DNA from: Chlorokybus atmophyticus
Taxonomy: Eukaryota; Plantae; Mesostigma and Chlorokybus algae
Direction of reading: 5' to 3'
DNA length: 64,000 nt
Assembly: GCA_009103225.1 (NCBI GenBank)
Contig: RHPI01002069.1
Location: 200,702-264,701, forward strand
Both the position numbers and the translations under genes were made by a program. The notes beneath the pieces are model-generated. The model worked only from the letters and a program-made list of their open reading frames with translations. It ran no database searches and was not told where the DNA came from. Positions 25,401 to 37,559 of this stretch are shown here, piece by piece. The stretch's first letter is position 1. The number at the start of each line of letters is the position of its first letter.

Positions 25401-28400
25401 TAAGCTTCATTTGTAATAATAAATATAGTAATTTACTTATTTACACCTCTTTTCTACGGTTCCTCGCTTATAGCAAGTTATAATATTTGGTATAAGTCCC
25501 AACGGGTGTAGGACCGCCTATTCAAGCCTATTTAAGGTCGAATATTATATATGCGACTACTATAGCCAGCTATCGCGATAGGTACCTTATCGTTAAGTCC
25601 CTTATCATTAGGTATCTCAGCTTTGATTGGCTCACGCAAGAACTCTAACGGTTACCCTATCCGTAGGGTTGATGTCTGGTGTTGATATCGAGACACGTAT
25701 ATGTGATAAACTCTTCATATAAAAGGTCCCATCAACTGATGGGACCTCATTCAGTCTTCTGCCACAGCGTCATGCTGCTGGCGGCTTGACAGGCTTGTTG
25801 CTGGTGGTGTGGGTGTTGGGGGTAGAGGATTGAAGGGTTGTCGGCGGTGTCGCCGGCATCTGTTACAACATGAGCGTCAAGGCGTGCGTCAGTGCAGCAG
25901 GCACCTTCATGCCGCCCATGTACATCCTCAAGGGTGCAAGATACACAGATGACTATGTGCAGGCTGCCCCATTTGGCTCCTTCATGCACACGCAGGAGAA
26001 TGCCTACATGACATTGGAGCTTTTCGCGACTGGTCTGAGAAGTTCCTCTTGCACATACCTGGTGGCGCCAGCCCCAACAATCCCGTTCTCCTGCTCCTTG
26101 ACGACCATTCGTCTCGCATGAACCCCGACTTGCTGAAGATGGCAAGGGAGAATGGTGTCCACATGCTCAACTTCCCTGCACACATGACACATCTCATGCA
26201 GGTGAGAGGTGTTCCTAATTATGCCAAGTGTGTGCATTGCATGTTGCAGAGTTACTTGCTCTCATGATGCTCCCCAACTCACCTTCAGGTGCTGGGTGTG
26301 AGCTGCTTCCGGTCGCTGAAGCAGCACTACCGCATTGAGTTCTTGAATTGGCGCGTGGCTGACCTCATCCGCTCCATCACCGAGATGAGGTTCGTGGAGC
26401 TGACAGCCCGACCTTTTTCTACCATGCCATCACCCCTGCCAACATCACAAGCGGTTTCAAGAAAACATGTACATGGATGCATTGTCTACTGATGCTGCGA
26501 ATGCGTGCTCACATGGGTGTGCATGTGCAGGTATCTCGCCTGTCAATGTGCATGCATTGGACGACAAGTTGGCCAAGTTGCCCAAGCCCCTCGCGGAGCA
26601 AATCGCCCCTGACCTGGCGCTTCACAAGTGCAGCATGAGTTCGGGGGCCCAGTGCTGGACGGAGATGGTGTGCCGATGCCCTTTGACAAGGAGGCTGATG
26701 CGGAGGCCACTGAGGACGACGACAGCACCAATGATAAGGAGAACCAGCCTCCCAAGCCTGCCATGCCAAGCATTGTCAACAACAACTATATTAACATCAC
26801 CAACAATAATAACACCATCAACATCAACATCAACATCAACACCGCCCCACCTCAGGGCGCAGGCTGTGCCTGAAGCTAATGTCGCTGCAGATGCTTGTAG
26901 TGTTGCAGAAAACCACATCAACTTTGGCGTCATCCAGCAGCAGGCTAGTCCTTCTGCATGTCAACAGAAGAAGGCCAAGGCCCCACAGCCTCACCTCCAA
27001 GGCCTCACCTCCAAAGGCTACATCAAGGTGCTGCAAGCCAAGAAGGCAAAGCTTGCCTTTCTGCATGGCAACAGAAGAAGGCCAAGGCCCCACAGCCTCA
27101 CCTCCAAGCCTCACCTCCAAAGGCTACATCAAGGTGCTGCAAGCCAAGAAGGCAGCAATGGAGTCACGCAAGCAGGAGTTGGCCTAGAAGAAGATGGAGT
27201 CTGCACACGTGAAGGAGGTGGCCGCTGTTCAGCGTCTTGCCAAGCAGGCACAGCGGGAGGAGTTAGCCTGGCAAAATTAGCAAGCAAAGCTGGAGAATGA
27301 GGCTGCCAAGCAGGTCAAGTTGTTAGCACAGCAGCAGGCACCGTCCAGAGCAGGTCTAACACACATCAACATACCTGCCGGTGCAAGGTCTTGCACCATT
27401 GACTTGTCCACGCAGCACCCACTGGCTAACCTGACACCACAGGCAAGCCCCACCTGCAATTCACGCCCGGCTCGGCACCAGTCGTACCCTACCACACCAT
27501 CCAAGATGCTGCCAACAGAGTTGCTGATGCAGCAGTTGCATCAGCAACTCAAGCTCGCACATTGATAACCCTCAAGGCTGCTGCTAAGGGTCTTCGATAG
27601 GCCTTACTACTTACCTACAGCAGACAGATGCAGCCATGTACATAGCAGATTAGAATGCAAGACTGCAATGCAAGTTGCAATGACACAATGCACCTCATAC
27701 CGTGCAATTGCAAAGTGCAACTTCAAGATGCAAGTGGACAATGCAATTTCAGAGTGCAAGTGCAATATGCAATTCTAGAGTGCAAGTGCAACATGCACAA
27801 GAGCACACAATCTCACAGAGAGTTCAAGGGGAGGTACATTACCAGCTGGCTATGTCCAGGGATGTAAGGGCACTACAGCACAGGGGCCACACAACAACCC
27901 TATCACACACACCTGTACAGCACTGCAGAAGCCTAAGCCTGTACACAGCAGTAGCACACAAGAGCAGACTTGAAGTCGAAACTACCACACACAGTTGCCC
28001 AGCATGACAACAGCACAGGTCAGCACATAGGCAGAGTCATACATCACTTGGATGCCAGTTCAGAGGCCTACAATGATGTCTGTGGGCCAGGGGGCACTGT
28101 GCACGAGACATGATGTCGTGGGCCTTCAGGACGTTGACTACGACGCTGCCATAGGCGAGGCTCCAAGGGGGCTGGGACCCCAACCACTGTCTCCACAATA
28201 AGGCCGGGTCTGTCTTCTTCATCTTGCCAAGCCAGCGCTTGACCTTCGGGCCGCGGGTGTTCTTGCCCAGCTCATACAGCGCCTCGATGGTGTCACGGGA
28301 CATGCTGGGCATGGGCAGAAGGGGGCAGCCATCATGGCGCAGGCGAGGAGGACGTGGAGGACTCAGCAACGGGGTTGGCTCGGGCATAGGGCGATCCTCC

Positions 28401-29978
28401 TGCTTGGGACTCCAGGGCAATATGAGTGGGGGGTAGGAGTGGCCGGACGCTGGCGCTTGGTCGGCCTGCCATTGTTCACGTCCGCAGCGGCCTGCGCATG
28501 CATGCACCTAAGTAAGTTGAAGTAACCAACACACACACACATGCATGCAAAGCTGAGCTGGGCACGGGAAGGCAGCATACACACACGCAGAGGCTCACCA
28601 TGGGGGCGGTGTCACGGGCTCTAGAAGCGCTCTCGCCCACTGGGCACACAGACATTGCTAAGGCAGCAGGCGCCCACAACTTTGCACAACTTCGGACAGC
28701 CAACAACAACAGCTCTAACCCCTGCTGTTGCGATGGTGGAGAGGCTGCCAGGGGACGTCACTGGCCACAAGTGATAAGACCGACATGTCAGCACAGCTTG
28801 GGGCCTGTCAGACGCTAGCACACCACCACGACAGGCTGAAAGCCGTCCAGAAGTAGGACGACAGCCTTCTGAGCAAAGATCTACACCTGCCCTACTGGAC
28901 GAACTGCTGAATGACATGTCTGTACCCTAAAATTATGCCGTGAAGTGTGCCAAATAGCAGACTTGCCGGGCTTTCCACCCATATATCACACTGTCACATA
29001 CCAAATGTGCAACATAGTGCAAAACCTATTCTTACTTAGGTGTCCGAATTATGGTACACTTACCCTATAAAAAACGTTATACATCACCGCCGGATAATCA
29101 ACGTAGCGCCCGGTATACGTGACTGCAAAAAAAGCCTACGTAAGTTCGCTCTTATTACCTACGAGCCACTTCTTTTCCTGCCAGCCAGCAGCGGTCGCTC
29201 CGTCACGTGATCCAGCTACAACTCACGTTACATCTGAGCCACACGATGTACCTCCATCGCTGCTATTAGTAAGTGCGAGCTATATTGCTAATGCCATTAC
29301 TGATAGCCGATTAGGGGCAGAGCCCTTGCATAAACACTCAATCTCAAGTAGATTCTCAACCGGCAGAAGTCCACGTGCTGCCTCTACAGAGCTCGCAGCC
29401 AATCATTCGCCTTTGAAGTGGTACAGTGGCGTTTTGCGCACCGTCCGATCATCTCAGCCGATCAGTGGCGATGGCGGATTGATCTCTGGCAAAACGCCCA
29501 ACCCAGTTTTGGGGGAAAATGCGAGCGAGTTCGTTGGCGCCGCTTTTGGGTCGCGTGACACCTCCTGGTACAGTATAGAGTGTCACGAGAAAACACATAA
29601 GCAGCAGTGCATTGTGTTGTGTCTGTGAGAGTGAGTGTCACACAGTGTACGCACGCACACGGCGGCGGCGCTGATTGTGGCGGCGCTGTGGGAGGCGGCG
29701 GCCTGTTGCTGGCTGTACGCTGTCCTAGACCTCCTCACCCTTGGCGCACACCCTGCCCCAGCCCGCACTAGAGCACGTGCACTGGAAGTGACACAGCTAA
29801 GGCGAACCAGCAAAGAGACAACGACACACACACTCACAGACACGCACATTCCACGCGATACACACGCATACATACACAGTGATATAACACACTGTGTTCC
29901 ACCCTCGTCCCTGTGACTTTCTCCTGCTCCTGCTCTGCTGCTGCACACAACACACTTGATCACACACTGGGCCTCAGC

Positions 29979-30725
29979 ATGGCTGGAGAGGTTGTGGTTG
30001 AGGTAAGGCCAGTGGAGACCAACATGGAGGCAGCAGCAATGTTGGACAACATCAATACAACAAGGAGAACCCGCGTGCGACGCGCCGTCATACTCGCCGC
30101 CTTCCTCCTCCCCTTCTTCGTCATCGGCCTCACATGGGGATACGCCCTGCCCAATATGCAGGTATGTGTATATGTCCCACGTTGTGTATGTTGTGTATGT
30201 GTGCCACACAGCTGCGCTCGCACGTCGTGTATGTGTTGGTCAGACTGACTCATGTGTGTCTATGTGTTGCAGAATGTGAGGAGTTGGGACATAACCAAGG
30301 CGGCCGTGTCCCGTTTGCACCCCAGCGGATTGTACGAGTCCCAGACCGTGTCCGCATCAGTTCCACGACGGGTCCTCACCGATATCCTGACCACCAAGGA
30401 GAAGCCCCCTCCCCCTCCCGGTAAGACGCTCACCCCTTCACCCATACATACCCCCCCCCACAAGCTCTCACCCTCTTTACGTCAATGGTGTACTTGTACC
30501 CACATACCCACACACCCACATATTCACACGTACACATACCCACATGTACTCATCCTACTCTGTGAATCAGCAGATGATGTCCATCTCCCCTTTGTGCCCG
30601 CGACCCCCCCTCCCCCTCCCCCTCCCCCACCCGAAAGCGCCATCATCAACCCCGAGTTCCTCGCGCCACCCCCACCTCCCCCACCCCCACCCGAGTTCGA
30701 CACATCGCTGTTCGAACTCCACTAA
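29979..30725 (+). CDS. Small predicted single-pass membrane protein with poly-Pro tracts (unknown function)
   Basis: Exons 29979-30161, 30273-30420 and ~30571-30725 with canonical GT/AG borders and matching phases. Hydrophobic segment AVILAAFLLPFFVIGLTWGYAL. Confidence 0.6.
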
Positions 30726-30761
30726 GAAGAGAGGAGTGAGAGGAGGTGTCCACAGTGTCAN

Positions 30762-30967
30762 CAGCAGGATCGCCCCGCTTAAGACACCGCAGCAATGGCT
30801 CTCCAAAGCCGCCGCCTTGCTGTCCGCCTGCGCCTCCACGTCCGAGACTGCCAGTAACCCTGCCGCCTCTGCCAGCCCGCAGCGCCCCCCACCAGCCGTC
30901 CCGCTCAGCCCGCCCCGCCTGCCTGTTGCCGCCTGCTGCCTCTGCCGCTACTGCCGCTGCCGCTGGG
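30762..30967. repeat. 206-bp copy of 41057-41262, starting right after a single N
   Basis: Same sequence at offset 10295; the N is at 30761. Confidence 0.9.
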
Positions 30968-31615
30968 GAGGGGGGGGGGGGCAAGTTGATGAGAGAGGAG
31001 AGACAAACTGTAGTATAGTATACATTCTTGTGTAATAAAGGCCACAAGCGGCTCGCTTGTGAAGCGATAAACTCATCAGCAGAAACTGGACACACGTGGA
31101 GAACTCACACCAACCATGCACAGCAGTTTATCAATAACGACACACGCAAGCCTACTGCAATGTTGCAGGGCTAACATCCACTGGTCATACAACACATACT
31201 GAATGGGAATCACAAATATTGAACTGGTCACTGACTTATTCCTATGCACTCATATGGACTTGCGGCAAACAGGCGAGCTTAGGATATGATATTGCTTGTG
31301 GATGTTGGCCCTAGTCAATACCAAGGTAGTCTATACCAACACAAACTTGGTCATGGTTGCAAAAACCCATGCAACCCAGGGAAGGTCAACTCAGGCGTGG
31401 CTGGCTTAGGGAGCTTGACAGCCATGCTGCCTTGTTTTATGATAATGCCAGGTTCGAGTTGACTCACAGCATGCATGCACTCATTTATGCTATGCCAAGC
31501 AATAATAATGCAGCTACAGACACATGCAGCAACTTGAGCAGCTCGACGGATTGACAGAGCCATGCTATAATTGAGTGTACGCTTGACAAGGTAGGCCTCA
31601 TGGTTGCATCAACAT

Positions 31616-34600
31616 TCACTCAAGTTGACCACGGCGAGGCCGTTTGGGTGGTGGAGGCCCCATATCGCCCTTCTTTGCAATGACAGAAAACTCCACCTGC
31701 ATGAGTGACAGTGCATCAACACACAGCTTGGAGCCCACTTTGCTGCAGGTTGTGCCACATGGCGTGTACTTGCGTGGGTGACAGAATGATGACACAGGCT
31801 GCAGCATGCAACATTCTGGGCACAACTTACCTTCTTGATGGGAGCAGACCCGGCAGGTTCTTTCTCAACTGTTGCAAACCCACTATGCGGGTCACTAATC
31901 TGACCAGGTTTGATGTTGCCGGACAAGACAAGGTAAGGTGTGTGATTGCGCTCTTGCTCCTCACGAATCTTGGCCATGGAATGCAACGGTGTATCTGAGG
32001 CGCTCATCTGCTTGAGTTTCAGCTCTTCCTGCCACTGCTTCAGCCGCTTTGCCTGCTTCATCTTGCCAGGTGCTTTGCCGTGAAACTTGTGGGACAAAGC
32101 GCGGAAAGCTTCTTTGGGCGTCATCTGCAACGTATCTCAATACCATCAATCGTGTTTGGGTGATCCAACATACCAAGTGCAGGGGACACGTATGCAAAGA
32201 CCACAGAGAATGCAAAAAACACCTGGCGGCCAAACTCGTCAAGCCTGTCTAAGCGAATGCGCTTCTCCAACTGCGCGCTGTAGTCTGGCGCTACAACATC
32301 AACAACACCAACAAGCTTGTTGGCCTTCTTGTCGTTGGTCCGACCCGCCCATTCCACCTCCTTCTTAAGCTCCCCTTTCTGGCGAAGCAAATCCAGCGTC
32401 GCTGCAAGCCCTTTGCCAACAAGAGACTCTTCCGGAATGACCCGCTCTTCAGTAACTGGCTGCTCGGTATCCTCTGATTGCAAGTCAGCCCCACTCGTGC
32501 TGGCCTCATGCCAACCACTGCCACCGGGCTGGGCACCGTCTACATCCATGTCATCAGTATCCACCTGCGCCTTGCCAGGTGCATGGAAAGACTTCCCAAC
32601 TTCTTCAGCACCTGTGACACAATCACTAGTTAAAGTACACAGGTGTTGCTAAAATGTGACTGTCAGTTGCAAAGACTTCATGCAAGAGGCTTGCAGCAAC
32701 CCAGGCTTGCTATACGACCATAGCCTTACCGTTTGCAGCAATACCGCGGCAGAACTCCCCAGTGTCTGTGAACACCAGCTTTTCGCCATCATCATCTCCA
32801 TCTGCCGCGGTCACCTGATTACCTTGCCGAATTGCAGCAACGACTGCACCAACATCGGCACGCGGGGCTGCACCCTTCAGCGCCAGCCTGCGTGCACGCC
32901 TCAATGACTCCATCATCTCAAGGTCCTCATCTTCTGCGGCCTCATCTACCGTAGCTGGTTTTGTTCATATGAAAGCATTAGTACTCAAGACGCATAAGTC
33001 AACATCGCCGTCACGCCGGCATGTAAACCTGAGGTACAACTGAACATACCTCGCAGTGTACGCGAAGCAGCTTCTGCCTTTGCAAAAGCTCTTTCATATG
33101 CTGTCGATCTACTGCTGTCCTGCAAAGCATGCATTGACTTTAAGCGGTGTTATAGACAAGCCCACAATGCCGACAATCTGTGGCACACTGACTATGTCAC
33201 TAAACACAATGAACAAGTACACCCCTCTTACTTGCAAGGCTTGCGCAGCACCATCCGCTTCCTTTAGTCTCCGCGACCCTGGCGTGGAGCACTCTCAGCA
33301 ACCTCAATACAGCAGGCACAACTTCATGCATGTCATGTATACATGAGGCATCCAAACAACAGCTACGACATACCATGATCCTGTGCTGTTGCCTCTGCAG
33401 CTTGTGCTTCCAACTCTTGCAGCAGTTCCGTGGTTTTCTGTCGTATCTTCTTCTTTTTCTTTGTCTGCGCATGTGTAGTGAGGACAAACGGACTAAACAG
33501 CAACGCTTAAGGCTATGGCAATGCCTCACCTTTGGCCTTTTAAACTGTGCCATCTCATCCGGTGTAAAGTAGTCTGCCGGTTGTGCGGAGGACGTCCCTG
33601 CTGTATTCAAGCTCTCCTCCGTCTTGCCATGCAGGCGCTGCCGCACCTGGTTGAGACAGGCTGTCACGACGCTGTTAAATTGCACAATCGCAGATTCAAT
33701 GAAACATAAATGTTCCACACGATACCTGCTCGATCCGCTGCTTTGCTTGCTCGTCAACTCTGCCCTGGTTATCCAGTCGCATGCCCTGTTCGCACCACCA
33801 GCTTGACTAAGAACAACATGGCACAGCACAATGCATGTAGACGGATTCCTTCAACAACATGCGTCCACCTCAAAATCTGGCTCTTCATCGTAATGAGTGA
33901 GTATGCCCTTTGATGCACCGTCCTCATTAAACCTACCAACAGACATTTAGCGAAGAAGCATGTGTAACGATAGTCAGTACAGAATTATTCAACGTACTTG
34001 TCATCATAAACACCCGGTCCCTTCTTGGCAGCCTTGCGAGCCGCCTCACGCTTCTGCAGCTCAGCGATACGCACATTCTCCAGCTCATCCTCATCTGCAT
34101 CCAAAGAAATGCTGACCCTCAATCACACCACCCACTCCCTGCTGTCACAAAGCCGGCAATGGCTGTACCCTCATTGAGATCACCGCCTTCAGAAAGGATG
34201 GCCTTATCCTTCAGTGTCAAAATCACCGCATGCTCATTTTCCAGCACGTCCGCATTGTGGCGCACTTTCAACCCAGCAAGGTGATCTGCACGAAATGAAT
34301 GTAAAGTAAGTGACCAGTAAGGTCTGCCCAACCACGACACCACCAGCTAGTGCGTACCCACTGAACTGTTGTGTGCATCTACATCGTCGTCTTCTGAGCC
34401 ATCCGCTGCCTCATCCTGCAATGACACAATGAGCACAATAAATGGCATGAGGAATGCAATTGTGGCAACGCAACCAACTCAGGATGGTGTTCACACCTGC
34501 TGCGCAAGACGCTTGGCCACTGCTTCTGCCTTAGCGCGCTCTTCCGCTTTGCGCTTCTCTTCCAGCTGCCGGCTCCGTCGAACCCATTCAGCTGCACTTA

Positions 34601-35804
34601 TGTTCTCGGCCGCATCAGCAATACCCTTACCCGACAGCTTTTCATCAAGCACACGCTTCTCTTTCATGCTGTCAACAACTTGAATGAGATAGGCGGAGCA
34701 GGCACATCACTGCAGCATGTACACATAATTCAAGGTCTACAACATGACCAAGTGCAGCAGAGGCCATAACAGCAGTTACCTCTCAACGCGACGAGCCAAC
34801 TCCTGTGCTTTGGCTGCCTTCTCAGCCTCAGCCTGCTCCTTGGCATGCGCATCTTGCTTTGCTTTTTGCTCAGCTGCAACTTCAGCAGCGGTTCTCAAGG
34901 GCTTTAACCCAAGAGCAGCCCGAATGCGGTTGGTCTCATCCACTGAGCATGACACTTCACCACCCGACTCATTGACCACGGCACGAACTTCGAAGGGCAC
35001 ATCTGCATGGCGAAGGCTGGTAAGGGTTTGGCGCATGACTGTCAGGCTTATCTAGCAAGGTAAAGCCTCAGCTAGGTGAGGTAAGAGTATGCAGTCGCAT
35101 ACGGAGGTGTCTGCTGTGCGCTTGAACATGTACAGACACTATGCTCTCCACATGAACTTGTGATGTGAATTGTGGGGAATTGCAATGCATGCCAAACACG
35201 CACATGTTGAACTAGTGACGCTGTCGTGACTACGGCCACCATGACTACGCATGCATGATTGCAGGCGGGTTGAAGAGATCAATAAATACACTCAGTTGAA
35301 CTACGCTCAGAACCACTGCCAGGATAGGGTTTTTACTGGGTTCGCAAGTGGTTGATGATCAACCAGCTAAGTGCAACAAGCAGTAGAAGCCCAAAACTCA
35401 CCATCGGTGGCCTTGCGTGCTGCGTCCTCGGCTTTACACTCGCCTCGCTCCGGCCTTGAGCCTGAGGCGTCGTCTCTCTCTGCTTTGCTCCTGTGCCTGT
35501 CTCGGTCTTTCTCCCTGCCGGCTTTCTCATCCCCTCTGCTGCTGCCGTCCCGATCCGAAGCCTTCCCCTCCCTTTCCTTCTTCTCCGCAGGCTGCTTGTC
35601 ACGTTTCTCCTTCTTGACGCGATCACCCTTCTCCTCCTTTGCGCCCTCCCCCCGGTCCTTCTTGTCCCCCTTCCTGTCATGGTCTTTCACCTTTGAGGCG
35701 TCTCTATCCCGGTCTCTGCCCCGGTCTCTGTCTTTCTCTCGATCTCTATCCCTATCCCTGCCTCTGTCTCTGTCCTTCCTGTCATGCTCCTTCTCCTCAC
35801 CCAT
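31616..35804 (-). CDS. SART1: U4/U6.U5 tri-snRNP-associated protein 1 (SART-1/Snu66/DOT2), multi-exon
   Basis: RD/KE-rich N-terminus (MGEEKEHDRKDRDR), N-terminal SART-1-like block (VRAVVNESGGEVSCSVDETNRIRAALGLKPL), EWAGRTNDKK, RLDEFGR and MTPKEAFRALSHKFHGKAPGKMKQAKRLK. Internal exon borders were not all resolved. Confidence 0.93.
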
Positions 35805-35979
35805 GACCACCGGCACCGCCGCCACCGCCCACGCACACGCACACAATATGGCAGCAAAGTCTAACCCTGACTCATGCGCCGACAGTCCCAGCGTCGATAA
35901 ACAATGCGGAAGCGTGTGTCGACTGTCGACGGCCACCATTAGCTGCCACTGTGGCTGCAAGCTTGGCGAAGTTGCGGAC

Positions 35980-37559
35980 ATGGCGGCGGCGGCGGCGGTG
36001 GGGTTGGCGGGCTTTGTAGTTGAAGTGCGAGGTTGCGCTTCCGCTTCTACTTCTTGCGCTCCGCATTTCTCGGGCAGGCGGGCAGGGGGGCAGCCAGAGC
36101 ACAAGGTGGGTGTTCGCTTACAGGGCAAGCGGAGGAGGAGCCCCAGGCTTGAGCTTTCAGCCACTGCTCTTGGGACGTCAGGTAAGCAAGTTAATGAGTT
36201 GAATTTTTCAACAACATTGACCACGTTATAGTAAGTCGCTCCACGTGTGTTGCGCTTGCCGCACGCAGTTGATTAGTGCGCAGCATTCCCCGCGCCTACG
36301 CAGGAGCTTAGGGCCAGCACTAACAGCAAAGCATACATGCCATTGTGAAAGCCATAAAAGTAACGCTTGCTGACTTCATCAACATTGTTAAAAAGTCGCT
36401 GAAAATGCTTGTTTTGGTTTGTTTAAACCAAAGTACTAGGTGCACTGGCAGTGGGTTTATGACGGGAGGCTGCCTCAGCGCAATGCACGGCCTACCCTTC
36501 AGCTATTGGACTTGTTAACTGCAATTCTTTCGATCATTGTGTATACACACAAGCTTGTGGCACAACGATCTGACAGAGTTTATGAACAGATATGGCTACA
36601 GTGTTGCATGACGACCGTCGCACAACAGCGGAAGCAGCAACAGATAGGTCTTTGCATGGATCAGTAGAAAGCACAAGTGGGCCTGAAGACGATGGAGCTT
36701 TGCCGAAGCATGTTGCAATTATTATGGACGGAAATTCTCGATGGGCGCAACAAAGGGGCTTGCCTGCATCGGTTGGATATGAGAGAGGGATCGAAGCTCT
36801 ACGTCGGGTTGTGCGCTGCTGCCGTAAATGTGGCATTCGCGCCCTCACCGTCTTCGCTTTCTCAACAGACAATTGGCGTCGACCCATGGTGTGCTGGTAT
36901 TGCATTTTGTGAGTGCCCTCTATGCCATGTGTCCGCAATCACCAAGCTGTGACTGTGTGGCAGGAGGAGGTGTCGGCTCTTATGACATTGATGACATGCA
37001 CGTTCTCTGCGCAGGTTCCAGACCTTCGGAGGTAAACATGGCAACCTCTTGGACCCAACAAAGGACTTTGTCTTGTTATGCTCACAAGCTCGTCGTTATT
37101 TGCTGCAGGAATGGTGTGCGAGTTCGGGTTATTGGCGATAGATCAATGCTGCCAGCTGCACTGCAGCGCCAGATTGCTAGCGCGGAAGCATCAACAGCAG
37201 ACAACACAGACTTGGTGTTGAATGTGGCGGTGAACTATTCTGGCAGGCAGGATGTTGTTGCGGCGTGCAAAGCTGTGGCGGCTCAAGTTGCTGAAGGTTC
37301 CCTCTCCGTGTCGGACATCGATGAAGATGTTGTGTCACAGCTATTGTCCACGTCATCACCAAGTGTGGATGTTTCTGATCCGGATTTGTTGATAAGAACT
37401 AGTGGCGAGCAGCGATTAAGCAACTTTCTCCTCTGGCAGCTCGCGTATACAGAGTTCTTCTTTACACCAGTTTTGTGGCCTGATTTCTCCGAAGAGCACT
37501 TTCAAGAGGCGCTGTCATCATTTGCGCACAGGCAAAGACGTTTTGGCGCTCGGCATTAA
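35980..37559 (+). CDS. CPT: cis-prenyltransferase (UPPS/DHDDS family), probably plastid-targeted
   Basis: [60 protein letters not shown] and RRFG. Exons 35980-36181 (inferred transit peptide), ~36590-36888, 36964-37031 and 37110-37559. Confidence 0.9.

Larger units (their letters stand above)
18422..28700. repeat. Apparently exact 5139-bp tandem duplication (18422-23560 = 23562-28700) joined by a single N; probable assembly artefact
   Basis: All ORFs recur at offset 5140; the N is at 23561. Confidence 0.93.
11472..29065 (+). mobile_element. pogo/Fot1-like (Tc1/mariner superfamily) DNA transposon, inactivated, with a nested LTR element and an artefactual internal duplication
   Basis: TA|GGGTAAGTGTCATTAACTTCGGA at 11472 and TCCGAATTATGGTACACTTACCC|TA ending at 29065. 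Internal HTH + DDE_1-like transposase. Confidence 0.8.

Noticed and set aside
23562-25867. Separate fourth LTR retrotransposon
   Set aside because: It is an exact copy of the 3' part of element 1 within the N-joined duplication.
35371-36231. 286-aa Ser/Leu-rich plus-strand ORF
   Set aside because: Mostly the antisense shadow of the SART1 RD/KE-rich exon; only its 3' part (from 35980) is used as the inferred CPT exon 1.
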